A program made the position numbers and the translations under genes. From an uncultured bacterium (GTDB lineage: Bacteria > Verrucomicrobiota > Kiritimatiellia > RFP12 > UBA1067), in contig CACWIW010000028.1 of assembly GCA_902761035.1 (NCBI GenBank), positions 1,558-65,557 on the forward strand: a DNA stretch of 64,000 bases, read 5' to 3'. Positions 45,453-53,499 of the stretch are shown one piece after another. A model generated the notes under the pieces. The model did not search any database. It was not told the origin of the DNA and saw only the letters and a program-made list of their open reading frames with translations. Position 1 is the stretch's first letter. Each line of letters begins with the position of its first letter.

Positions 45453-47028
45453 CCACTACCATCCCACTCCTCAAAGAAGTGAGTTCATAATGCTTAGGAA
45501 TTCGTGTTTCAGCCTGTGTTCTTCGGTATAACGATGCGTTATTCTTACTCCCGTTTTTCATCACGCCGTCAAAAAGCCCCGAAAACGCGGGCTTTTCTAC
45601 CCGTGCTGTCCCATTGGCCCGGCGTCGAACGGAAGAAAAGCCTGCAAATACAGGGGTTTGGCGACCTCCACCACGCGGATTCCGCCACATGCTGTCCCAT
45701 TCGCCCCGAAGGATTCGAGCAGCTGCACGACGTTGCGCCGCAGCCACGCGCACGACCGCACCACGCCCGCGAGCCGCGAGAAGCTGTGCCTCCATTTCGA
45801 GACGTGCCGGAGATACCTCAGGAGCATGTGCACCAGCAGCCCCGTCCAGACCTGCCACTTGACCGCGTTCTCGTTGTAGCCGATGAAGTCGCGGATCTGG
45901 CAGGTCTGCTTGAGCTCCTTGAAGAACGTCTCGATCCCCCAACGCGCCCTGTACAGCTCCGCTATCGTCCGTGCGCTCCACTCCATGTTGTTCGTGAGGA
46001 AGGACATTTCGAGCATCTTGCCGTCGTACTCCACCTCCGCCGTGACGCAGCGGAGAACTCCGCCGTCGCAAGCGTAGGACTTCGCCGTCCCCGGCATGGC
46101 CGGCTTCACGACCTCGTCCCTCAGGACGCGGACTTTCGACTCGGTGCGCTTCCCGGCCTCGGGCTTCTCGGCGGGGCGCGAGGAAACCGTCTCCAGCTTG
46201 ATGTTCCTCTTCCATCTCACGACGTAGAACACGCCGCGCATGGCAAGCGAGCACAGGAACCTGAAGTCGGTGTACGCCCTGTCCGCCACGAGGACGTCCC
46301 CGCACTTCAGGCTCGCGGTCGTCGCCTCCGCCCTCGCGGAATCGTGGTGCGATGCCTCCTCCACGATGGCGAAGGACGGAAGACGGTTGCCGAGGTCGAG
46401 GTCCATGTGGAGCTTCGCCGCGGCCTTCCGCCTCCTGTGCCGCGCCCAGTCGAAGCAGTTGAGCGTCAGCTTGATCGTGGAGGAGTCGAGGGCGTGTATG
46501 GCCCGCTCTTTGAATCGGGAAAGGAATCCCCTGTACTTGCACGACGCGAAGCCTGGGCAAATCCCCTTGAGAAAGTCGAACATCCGCCAGAACACGAGCT
46601 CGGCCATCTTCGGATTGCGCCTGCGGTTGGCGTTCGAGAATGTGTTGCGGTGCGGGATCTGCGCACCGCGCATTCGTCCCCACTCGCTCTTGAACGCCGT
46701 GGCCGCGTCGCACACGCCGTTCAGGGACTCCGTCCTCGTGAGCTGCTGGTAGATCAGCGCCAGAAGGTGGCTCCACGGGGTGAACGTCCGCGAGAGCGTC
46801 TTGGTCTCCGTTGCCGCATCGAGCACGATTTGCGGGGGTATCAGTTTGACTACCTGCTTCCAGATAGTGTATACTGTCTTCGTTGCCGCCGGTGGCGGGA
46901 ATATTAGTTTTTTCATGATTCCTGTATTCTACAGGAACTCGTCGCCGGCGGCAACCCTCTGCATTTAAATCCACGGCCAACCTCCGGCAAAAATTCGCCA
47001 TGCGGTCACATCAATGGGATGGTAGTGG
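45453..47028 (-). mobile_element. IS4-family insertion sequence (1576 bp) with 14-bp perfect terminal inverted repeats and a 7-bp target-site duplication
   Basis: Left end CCACTACCATCCCA (45453-45466), right end TGGGATGGTAGTGG (47015-47028). GTGAAAC is duplicated at 45446-45452 and 47029-47035. Confidence 0.85.
45597..46916 (-). CDS. IS4-family DDE transposase
   Basis: 439 aa. HALDSSTIKL, VLVADRAYTDF, YRARWGIETFFKELKQ. Confidence 0.9.
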   Translation of the reverse strand: MKKLIFPPPAATKTVYTIWKQVVKLIPPQIVLDAATETKTLSRTFTPWSHLLALIYQQLTRTESLNGVCDAATAFKSEWGRMRGAQIPHRNTFSNANRRRNPKMAELVFWRMFDFLKGICPGFASCKYRGFLSRFKERAIHALDSSTIKLTLNCFDWARHRRRKAAAKLHMDLDLGNRLPSFAIVEEASHHDSARAEATTASLKCGDVLVADRAYTDFRFLCSLAMRGVFYVVRWKRNIKLETVSSRPAEKPEAGKRTESKVRVLRDEVVKPAMPGTAKSYACDGGVLRCVTAEVEYDGKMLEMSFLTNNMEWSARTIAELYRARWGIETFFKELKQTCQIRDFIGYNENAVKWQVWTGLLVHMLLRYLRHVSKWRHSFSRLAGVVRSCAWLRRNVVQLLESFGANGTACGGIRVVEVAKPLYLQAFLPFDAGPMGQHG

Positions 47029-47090
47029 GTGAAACCAAAGATTTTAAGATGAAGCTTAACAATTCCTGATACAACTTTCATTATAATAAA

Positions 47091-47120
47091 CTTTGCGATC
47101 TCTGCGCTCTTTGCGGCTAA
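47091..47120. repeat. Family A repeat arm (inverted partner of 45357-45389)
   Basis: CTTTGCGATCTCTGCGCTCTTTGCGGCTAA. Confidence 0.7.
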
Positions 47121-47304
47121 ATACTAGAATCCAACTGTAACGTTTAGGGTAAATTGCAAAATCCTGTCGGAAGAAAGATTTGTCAATGTAGAATATGTGT
47201 TATATGCATGGATGTGTAAGGCGTGTGAAAAAGTTTTTACACAGCATGTAAGGGCTTGGGGTTTTTATTACCATCTACCATCTACTAACTACCAACTTTG
47301 CGCG

Positions 47305-47322
47305 TTGGCACGGTGTGTGCTA
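47305..47322 (+). promoter_or_regulatory. Sigma-54 promoter TTGGCACGGTGTGTGCTA upstream of glnN
   Basis: 40 nt upstream of the ATG at 47362. Same architecture as the glnK and rtc promoters. Confidence 0.55.
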
Positions 47323-47361
47323 GACGATTTGCGGGCAAAGTCCCGGAAAGGAAAACGCAAC

Positions 47362-49473
47362 ATGACGGAAGAGACAAAGAACGCAACGCACTTCGGCGAA
47401 GACGTATTCGGCGACGAGGCGATCAGAACCTACTTGAGCAAGGACACGGCGAAGAAACTCCAGGCCACGATCCAGGAAGGCAAACCGCTCGACCCGTCCA
47501 TCGCGGGCGAGGTGGCACACGGCATCCGCCACTGGGCAATGGACCGCGGCGCGACGCATTACACGCACTGGTTCCTGCCGATGACGGGCTCCACCGCCGA
47601 GAAACACGATTCATTCCTTGAGATCAAGGACGGCGAGCCGATCATGCTCTTCTCCGGAAAGAACCTCATCGTGGGCGAGCCGGACGCCTCGTCGTTTCCG
47701 TCCGGCGGCATCCGTTCCACCTTCGAGGCGCGCGGCTACACGGCGTGGGATCCGACTTCTCCTGCCTTCATCAAGCGCCACTCGAACGGTGCGACGCTCT
47801 GCATCCCGACGGCGTTCTGCGCCTACACGGGCGAGGCGCTCGACAAGAAGACTCCGCTTCTCCGCTCCATGCAGGCGCTCGACAAATCCCTCACCCGCCT
47901 CATGAAGCTCTTCGGCCGTTCCGAGGCGCATACCGGCTGCACGCTCGGAGCAGAGCAGGAATACTTCCTCATCGACAAGGAGTATTGGAAGAAGCGCCCC
48001 GACCTCGTGCTGACCGGTCGCACACTCTTCGGTGCGCCGTCCGCGAAGGGACAGCAGCTCGAGGACCACTACTTCGGCACGATCCCCGACCGCGTGCTTT
48101 CCTTCATGAACGACGTCGAGCGTGAGCTGTGGAAGCTCGGCATTCCCGCGAAGACGCGTCACAACGAAGTTGCGCCCGCGCAGTTCGAGCTCGCGCCGCA
48201 GTTCGAGGAGCTGAACCTCGCGAGCGACCACAACATGCTCGTGATGGATACGCTCCGCAACGTTGCCGAGAAGCATGGCTTCAAGTGCCTCCTCCACGAG
48301 AAACCCTACGCGGGCGTGAACGGTTCCGGCAAGCACAACAACTGGTCCGTGAACTACGGCGGCAAGAACCTGCTTGACCCCGGTACCGACCCGCACGAGA
48401 ACGCGCTCTTCCTTACGGTGCTCTGCGCGATCATCGAGGCAGTGGACAAGCACGCCGACCTTCTGCGCGCCTCCGTGGCAGGCGCAGGCAACGACCACCG
48501 TCTCGGCGCGAACGAGGCACCGCCCGCCGTCATCTCCATCTACCTCGGCGACCAGCTCGCGGAGGTCATCGACCGCCTGGAGAAGGGCGAGGGCGGCAAG
48601 ACGAAGAAGGCGGGCACGCTGAAGATCGGCGTGGACACGCTTCCCGCGCTTCCGAAGGATGCGACCGATCGCAACCGTACATCGCCGTTCGCGTTCACGG
48701 GCAACAAGTTCGAGTTCCGCGCGCCCGGGTCGAGCGTGTGCTGTTCGGGTCCGATGACGGTCCTCAACACCATCGTCGCCGAGGCCGTGGACCGCATCGC
48801 GGGCGAGTTGGAGAAAGCGAAGGTTGCCGGCAAGGCGAAGCCCGGCGAGCACACGCCCGCCTTCCACAACGCGTTGCAGAAGATACTCCAGGAATCCCTC
48901 AAGGCGCACAAGCGCGTCGTCTTCAACGGCAACGGCTACGAGGCCGAGTGGCCGCTGGAGGCCGAACGCCGGGGACTTCCCAACGCACCCGACACGCCGT
49001 CCGCCCTCACCGCCCTCACGAAGAAGGAGAACGCAAAGCTCTTTGAGAAATACGGCGTGATGACGGCGCGCGAGCTGGAGAGCCGCCACGAAATCTTCCT
49101 CGAGGAATACGCGAAGAAGGTGCGCATCGAGGGCGCGTGCGCGCGTGACATTGCAAGCGAGATGATCCTCCCCGCCGTGAAGGGCGAATATCTGGAGACG
49201 ATCCAGGCGTTTGCGAAGGCGGAGAGCGTGGGCGTCTCCTCCGGCACGAGTGCGCTGCGCGAAAGCGCCGTGGAAATCGGCACCGGACTGGATGCGCTCA
49301 AGACCGGCATCAAGAAGCTCGACGAGGCGTTGTCCGCCGCAACGCCGTCCGCCGAAGCGGAGATCCTTTCGGCGATGCAGGCTCTGCGCACGACAGTCGA
49401 TGCGCTTGAAAAGCGCGTATCCGCCGCACGCTGGCCATTGCCCAAGTACCGCGACATGTTGTTTCTGTATTAG
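47362..49473 (+). CDS. glnN: Glutamine synthetase type III
   Basis: ~700 aa from MTEETKNATHFGEDVF. GSIII-type length and blocks (HNEVAPAQFE, NGSGKHNNWS, NRTSPFAFTGNKFEFR). Confidence 0.9.
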   Translation: MTEETKNATHFGEDVFGDEAIRTYLSKDTAKKLQATIQEGKPLDPSIAGEVAHGIRHWAMDRGATHYTHWFLPMTGSTAEKHDSFLEIKDGEPIMLFSGKNLIVGEPDASSFPSGGIRSTFEARGYTAWDPTSPAFIKRHSNGATLCIPTAFCAYTGEALDKKTPLLRSMQALDKSLTRLMKLFGRSEAHTGCTLGAEQEYFLIDKEYWKKRPDLVLTGRTLFGAPSAKGQQLEDHYFGTIPDRVLSFMNDVERELWKLGIPAKTRHNEVAPAQFELAPQFEELNLASDHNMLVMDTLRNVAEKHGFKCLLHEKPYAGVNGSGKHNNWSVNYGGKNLLDPGTDPHENALFLTVLCAIIEAVDKHADLLRASVAGAGNDHRLGANEAPPAVISIYLGDQLAEVIDRLEKGEGGKTKKAGTLKIGVDTLPALPKDATDRNRTSPFAFTGNKFEFRAPGSSVCCSGPMTVLNTIVAEAVDRIAGELEKAKVAGKAKPGEHTPAFHNALQKILQESLKAHKRVVFNGNGYEAEWPLEAERRGLPNAPDTPSALTALTKKENAKLFEKYGVMTARELESRHEIFLEEYAKKVRIEGACARDIASEMILPAVKGEYLETIQAFAKAESVGVSSGTSALRESAVEIGTGLDALKTGIKKLDEALSAATPSAEAEILSAMQALRTTVDALEKRVSAARWPLPKYRDMLFLY

Positions 49474-49491
49474 TGGCTAGTGGTTAGTGGC

Positions 49492-51558
49492 ATGTCGGAT
49501 GAACTGAAACATGAATGTGCGGTGGCGATGGTTGTCTTGCGGCGGTCACGGGGCGACCGCCCTACCTCCGATTTTGGCGGGACGAAGCTCTCCCTTCTTC
49601 TGGAGAAGCAGCACAACAGGGGCCAGGACGGGGCGGGCGCGGCGATCCTTCGCGCCCGCCCCGTCCCCGGCGAGGTGCCGTACTGGATCGCCAAGTCCGC
49701 TTCCTCGACGCCCCTCGTGGATGTGCTTGGCGCGATTGCGAAACGCTCTGATTCATTTAGCCACAAAGAACGCAAAGAGCACAAAGAAGAAGAGGAAGAA
49801 CTTTGTGATCTTTGTGATCTTTGTGGCGAAAAACAAGAAAGGATTTTCCTCGGGCATCTGCGCTACGCCACCTTCGGGAAGAACGAGGTGGCGTTTTGCC
49901 ACCCGTTCGTGCATGAGGCGAGCGAACTGGAGCACACGCTCCTTCTCGCCGGCAATTTCAACCTCACGAACGCCCATGAACTTTTCGAGGATTACAGCCG
50001 ACACGGGTCCTTCCCCACAAGCAAGTCCGACGGCTACCTCGTCTGCGAACTGATCGCCCACGAACTCGGGAAAGATTTTAGCCGTGTAGAACGTGTAGAT
50101 CATGTAGAATTAACACCCCCAAAACTACATGTTTCTACATGTTCTACACGGTTCAAAAATATCTCGCGCGCTTTATCCACCGCTCTTGCCAATGCGGACG
50201 GTGCGTGGACGCTTTGCGGCGCGACGGGGGATGGCTGGGCGTTCTCCACGCGCGATCCGCATGGCATCCGCCCCGGCTTCTACTACATCAGCGACGATGT
50301 GGTGTCCGTGGCGAGCGAACGCCCCGCCATTCAGGCCGCCTTCGACGTGCCGCCCGAAGCCGTGAAAGAGTTGCCACCCGGCCAGGCACTCATCATCTCT
50401 CCTGTTGGCGAAGTGAGGTTAGTAGATTTAGACATTCGACATTCGACAACCAACAACCGCTCTAGGGCGGCGACTGTCGAACGTGCATCTGCCACTCCAT
50501 CCACTTCCCGCCCCTGCTCCTTCGAGCGCATCTACTTCTCTCGCGCCAACGACGCCGCGATCCACCGCGAGCGCAAGGCCCTCGGCGCGGCACTCCTGCC
50601 GCAAATCCTCCAATCGGCTGAAGCCGATCTCTCTGACATCTTCTTCAGCTACATCCCCAACTCAGCCCGCATCGCCTTCCATGGATTGTTGGAAAGAATA
50701 TTTCATCTTATTTCACGCAGAGGCGCAGAGAGGCAGAGGTGCGGAGACTTTACAGAATTTTCTCAGCGCCTCAGCCTCTCAGCGCCTCTGCGTGATATGA
50801 TCCCCCGCTTCGGGGAGGTCATCGTGAAGGACGCGAAGTTCCGCACGTTCATCGCCGATGCCGCCGCCCGCCGCGAGTTCTACAAGCACGTCTATGACGT
50901 CACCTACGGACTCGTGCGTCCCGGTCTCGATACGCTTGTCGTCCTCGACGATTCCATCGTGCGCGGCAACACGATGAAAAACGCCATTCTCCCGATGCTC
51001 GACCGGCTGGAACCGAAACGTATCGTCATCGCCTCCTCCGCGCCGCCCATCCGCTACCCCGACTGCTACGGCATCGACATGTCCACCCTCGGCGAACTCG
51101 TTGCCTTCCGCGCCCTCGTGAACCTGTTGGATGGGGAACGGGGAATGGGGAACGGGGAACGGGAATTAATCGACGCACTCAATGAATCCAAACAACTACA
51201 TGTTTCTACATGTTCAACACGGACAAAATCCTGCAACCCGCTCGCTCCCCTCTATGCTCGCTTCACCGACGAGCAACATTGCGCCGAGATCGCCCGCCTC
51301 CTCACCCCGCCCGGCATGAAGGCCGAGGTGAAGGTGGTTTACCAGACGGTGAAAAATCTACGGAAATGCCTTGGAAAAACGACATTCGACAATCGGCAAC
51401 TGACATCCGGGACGATAGTCCGACAGACGACACATGACGCGAGCGTATGCATCGGAGATTGGTACTTCACCGGCGACTATCCCACGCCCGGTGGCTACAA
51501 GGTGCTGTACAAGGCTCTTGGAAACTACTTAGAGCAGAAAAACGAAAGGTCTTACTGA
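49492..51558 (+). CDS. purF: Amidophosphoribosyltransferase, long form, carrying several in-frame hairpin-repeat insertions
   Basis: KHECAV, LLEKQHNRGQDGAG, GHLRYATFG, RDPHGIRPGFYY, PCSFERIYFSR, VVLDDSIVRGNTMKN, GDWYFTGDYPTPGG, all in one frame. Confidence 0.8.
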   Translation: MSDELKHECAVAMVVLRRSRGDRPTSDFGGTKLSLLLEKQHNRGQDGAGAAILRARPVPGEVPYWIAKSASSTPLVDVLGAIAKRSDSFSHKERKEHKEEEEELCDLCDLCGEKQERIFLGHLRYATFGKNEVAFCHPFVHEASELEHTLLLAGNFNLTNAHELFEDYSRHGSFPTSKSDGYLVCELIAHELGKDFSRVERVDHVELTPPKLHVSTCSTRFKNISRALSTALANADGAWTLCGATGDGWAFSTRDPHGIRPGFYYISDDVVSVASERPAIQAAFDVPPEAVKELPPGQALIISPVGEVRLVDLDIRHSTTNNRSRAATVERASATPSTSRPCSFERIYFSRANDAAIHRERKALGAALLPQILQSAEADLSDIFFSYIPNSARIAFHGLLERIFHLISRRGAERQRCGDFTEFSQRLSLSAPLRDMIPRFGEVIVKDAKFRTFIADAAARREFYKHVYDVTYGLVRPGLDTLVVLDDSIVRGNTMKNAILPMLDRLEPKRIVIASSAPPIRYPDCYGIDMSTLGELVAFRALVNLLDGERGMGNGERELIDALNESKQLHVSTCSTRTKSCNPLAPLYARFTDEQHCAEIARLLTPPGMKAEVKVVYQTVKNLRKCLGKTTFDNRQLTSGTIVRQTTHDASVCIGDWYFTGDYPTPGGYKVLYKALGNYLEQKNERSY
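49757..49827. repeat. Family A hairpin inside the purF coding frame
   Basis: TTAGCCACAAAGAACGCAAAGAGCACAAAGA...CTTTGTGATCTTTGTGATCTTTGTGGC, translated as FSHKERKEHKEEEEELCDLCDLCG. Confidence 0.8.
50081..50151. repeat. Family B hairpin inside the purF coding frame
   Basis: GCCGTGTAGAACGTGTAGATCATGTAG...CTACATGTTTCTACATGTTCTACACGG (~26-bp arms), translated as SRVERVDHVELTPPKLHVSTCSTR. Confidence 0.8.
50713..50795. repeat. Family C hairpin (TCACGCAGAGGCGCAGAGAGG type) inside the purF coding frame
   Basis: Arms 50713-50739 and 50769-50795. The same arm occurs intergenically at 10577-10613. Confidence 0.8.
51133..51167. repeat. Heptamer tandem repeat GGGGAAC/GGGGAAT inside the purF coding frame
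   Basis: ggggaacggggaatggggaacggggaacgggaatt. A single family B arm follows at 51196-51222. Confidence 0.75.
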
Positions 51559-51710
51559 TTTTTAGCCACTACGAATCGTCACAAATACGATAGAAATTTT
51601 CATTTTTTCTGGTTACAAAATCTTCCGTCGTTTATGTGTTGGCGGGAGAGCGTGATTTTGGTATCATAAACTGCCCTTAATACAAGGTAGTTTTGAATGG
51701 AAAGGACAAC

Positions 51711-53012
51711 ATGAAGATTTCTATGAAGATTTCTCGAAGATCGTTTCTCGGCGGGGCTGGCGGTGCGATTGCGCTGCCGTGGCTCGTGCCCGCGTCGGCG
51801 CTCGGGCGCGATGGCGCTGTTGCGCCGTCGAACCGCATTACTGTGGCCGGCATCGGCCTGGGCGGACGCGGACAGGGCGTCCTGCGCAGCTGGGTACTGC
51901 CCGAAAAGGACGTGCAGTTCGTCGCCATCTGCGACGTGTGGAAGCCGCGCCGCGAAGCCGTGAAGAATATCGTCGATACGCATTACGGCAACCACGACTG
52001 CAAAACTTACATTGACATGCGCGAGCTGCTGGCGCGTCCCGATATCGATGTGATCCACACCGCGACAGGCGACCGCTGGCACGCGGGCGTTTCCATCGCC
52101 GCGATGAAGGCGGGCAAGGACGTCTACACCGAGAAGCCCGCTTCCATGACCATCCGCGAAGGGCAGGCCGTGGTGGCGACCGCCGCCAAGTACGGTCGCG
52201 TCTACCAGGCCGGGATGCAGCGTCTGAGCGAACCAAACTTCGTCGTGTGCAACGAACTCGTGCGCCTCGGGCGTCTCGGCAAGGTGCATACCGTGTACGC
52301 CCATCTGGCTCCGTGGGCAAGCGTTCTCCACCGTGACTGGTTGCCGGCCGAACCGCTGCCGCCGCGCGACGTCATCGACTGGGATGCGTGGCTTGGGCCG
52401 TGTCCGTGGCGTCCCTACAACCACAAGTACCTGCCGAGCGGGTGGCATCGTGACCACGACCTCTACACCGGGCGGATTGGCGAATGGGGCTCGCACACCT
52501 TCGCGCAGTGCCATGACGCCGTCGGCGCGGAATCGACGTCGCCGGTGTACTACCAGTACGTGAACGGCCCCGTGCCGGACGGACAGCGGATGCGCTTCGC
52601 AAACGGCATCGAGATGGTGTCGGTGCGCAAGGGCTGGCACGGGTCGTGCGGCGTGAGGTACGTGGGCACGGAGGGATGGGTGTCGTGCGCGGACGGTTAT
52701 TCGCGTCCGGAGGCATCGCGTCCGTCACTTCTCGCCGACTATGACAAGATCCTCGCCGACTACTGCGTGCGCACGGGCTACACCGGACAGAACCACATGC
52801 GCCAGTTCTTCAATTCGGTGAGGTCGCGCACGAAAACCGTCGCCAATCCCGTGATGATGCACCGCTCCATGACGACGGTCCACTGCGCCAACATCGCCCA
52901 GTGGCTCGGCCGCGACATGAAGTGGGATCCTGTGAAGGAGCGCTTCATCGGCGACGACGAGGCGAACCGCATGCTCTCCCGCACCCAGCGCGCGGGCTGG
53001 GAGATCGTTTAG
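51711..53012 (+). CDS. Gfo/Idh/MocA-family oxidoreductase with twin-arginine signal
   Basis: MKISMKISRRSFLGGAGGAIALPW (Tat motif). GIGLGGRG Rossmann motif, YTEKP. Confidence 0.85.
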   Translation: MKISMKISRRSFLGGAGGAIALPWLVPASALGRDGAVAPSNRITVAGIGLGGRGQGVLRSWVLPEKDVQFVAICDVWKPRREAVKNIVDTHYGNHDCKTYIDMRELLARPDIDVIHTATGDRWHAGVSIAAMKAGKDVYTEKPASMTIREGQAVVATAAKYGRVYQAGMQRLSEPNFVVCNELVRLGRLGKVHTVYAHLAPWASVLHRDWLPAEPLPPRDVIDWDAWLGPCPWRPYNHKYLPSGWHRDHDLYTGRIGEWGSHTFAQCHDAVGAESTSPVYYQYVNGPVPDGQRMRFANGIEMVSVRKGWHGSCGVRYVGTEGWVSCADGYSRPEASRPSLLADYDKILADYCVRTGYTGQNHMRQFFNSVRSRTKTVANPVMMHRSMTTVHCANIAQWLGRDMKWDPVKERFIGDDEANRMLSRTQRAGWEIV

Positions 53013-53018
53013 GATGAT

Positions 53019-53474
53019 TTAGCCGCAAAGAACGCAAAGAGCGCAAAGATAGAAAGAATCATGACGGAAGAAGAGGATAAAGGACTCTGTGACAGAATCA
53101 GGCAAGTCGCTTACGATCTGCATGAGTATCTTGGGACAGGGTATTTGGAAAAGGTTTATGAAAATGCATTGGTTCACCGTTTGCAACTCGCTGGAATGAG
53201 TGTTACAACACAAGTTCCAATAACCATAAAAGACCAAGACGGTTTTGTTATCGGTGAGTATGTTGCAGACATGGTCGTGAATGGTCTTGTGATTGAGTTG
53301 AAGGCGGTTTCAACTTTGTTGCCGGCTCATGTTGCACAAACGATAAACTATCTTAAAGCAATGCGCATAGAACATGGTATGCTGATAAATTTTGGCTCGG
53401 AGCGATTTCAGTGTAGAAAACTAGCGAAGCGTAATTGATTTTTTGCGATCTTTGCGTTCTTTGCGGCAAAAAAG
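53019..53474. repeat. Cassette: GxxExxY gene bracketed by family A inverted repeats (53019-53052 / 53441-53474)
   Basis: TTAGCCGCAAAGAACGCAAAGAGCGCAAAGATAG ... TTTTGCGATCTTTGCGTTCTTTGCGGCAAAAAAG. Confidence 0.8.
53061..53438 (+). CDS. GxxExxY-family protein (PD-(D/E)XK-like; the family often encoded in 23S rRNA intervening sequences)
   Basis: 125 aa. LGTGYLEKVYENAL (GxxExxY), ADMVVNGLVIELKAV, INYLKA. Confidence 0.85.
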   Translation: MTEEEDKGLCDRIRQVAYDLHEYLGTGYLEKVYENALVHRLQLAGMSVTTQVPITIKDQDGFVIGEYVADMVVNGLVIELKAVSTLLPAHVAQTINYLKAMRIEHGMLINFGSERFQCRKLAKRN

Positions 53475-53499
53475 TTAAACGACAAGAGAGTAGGTAAAA

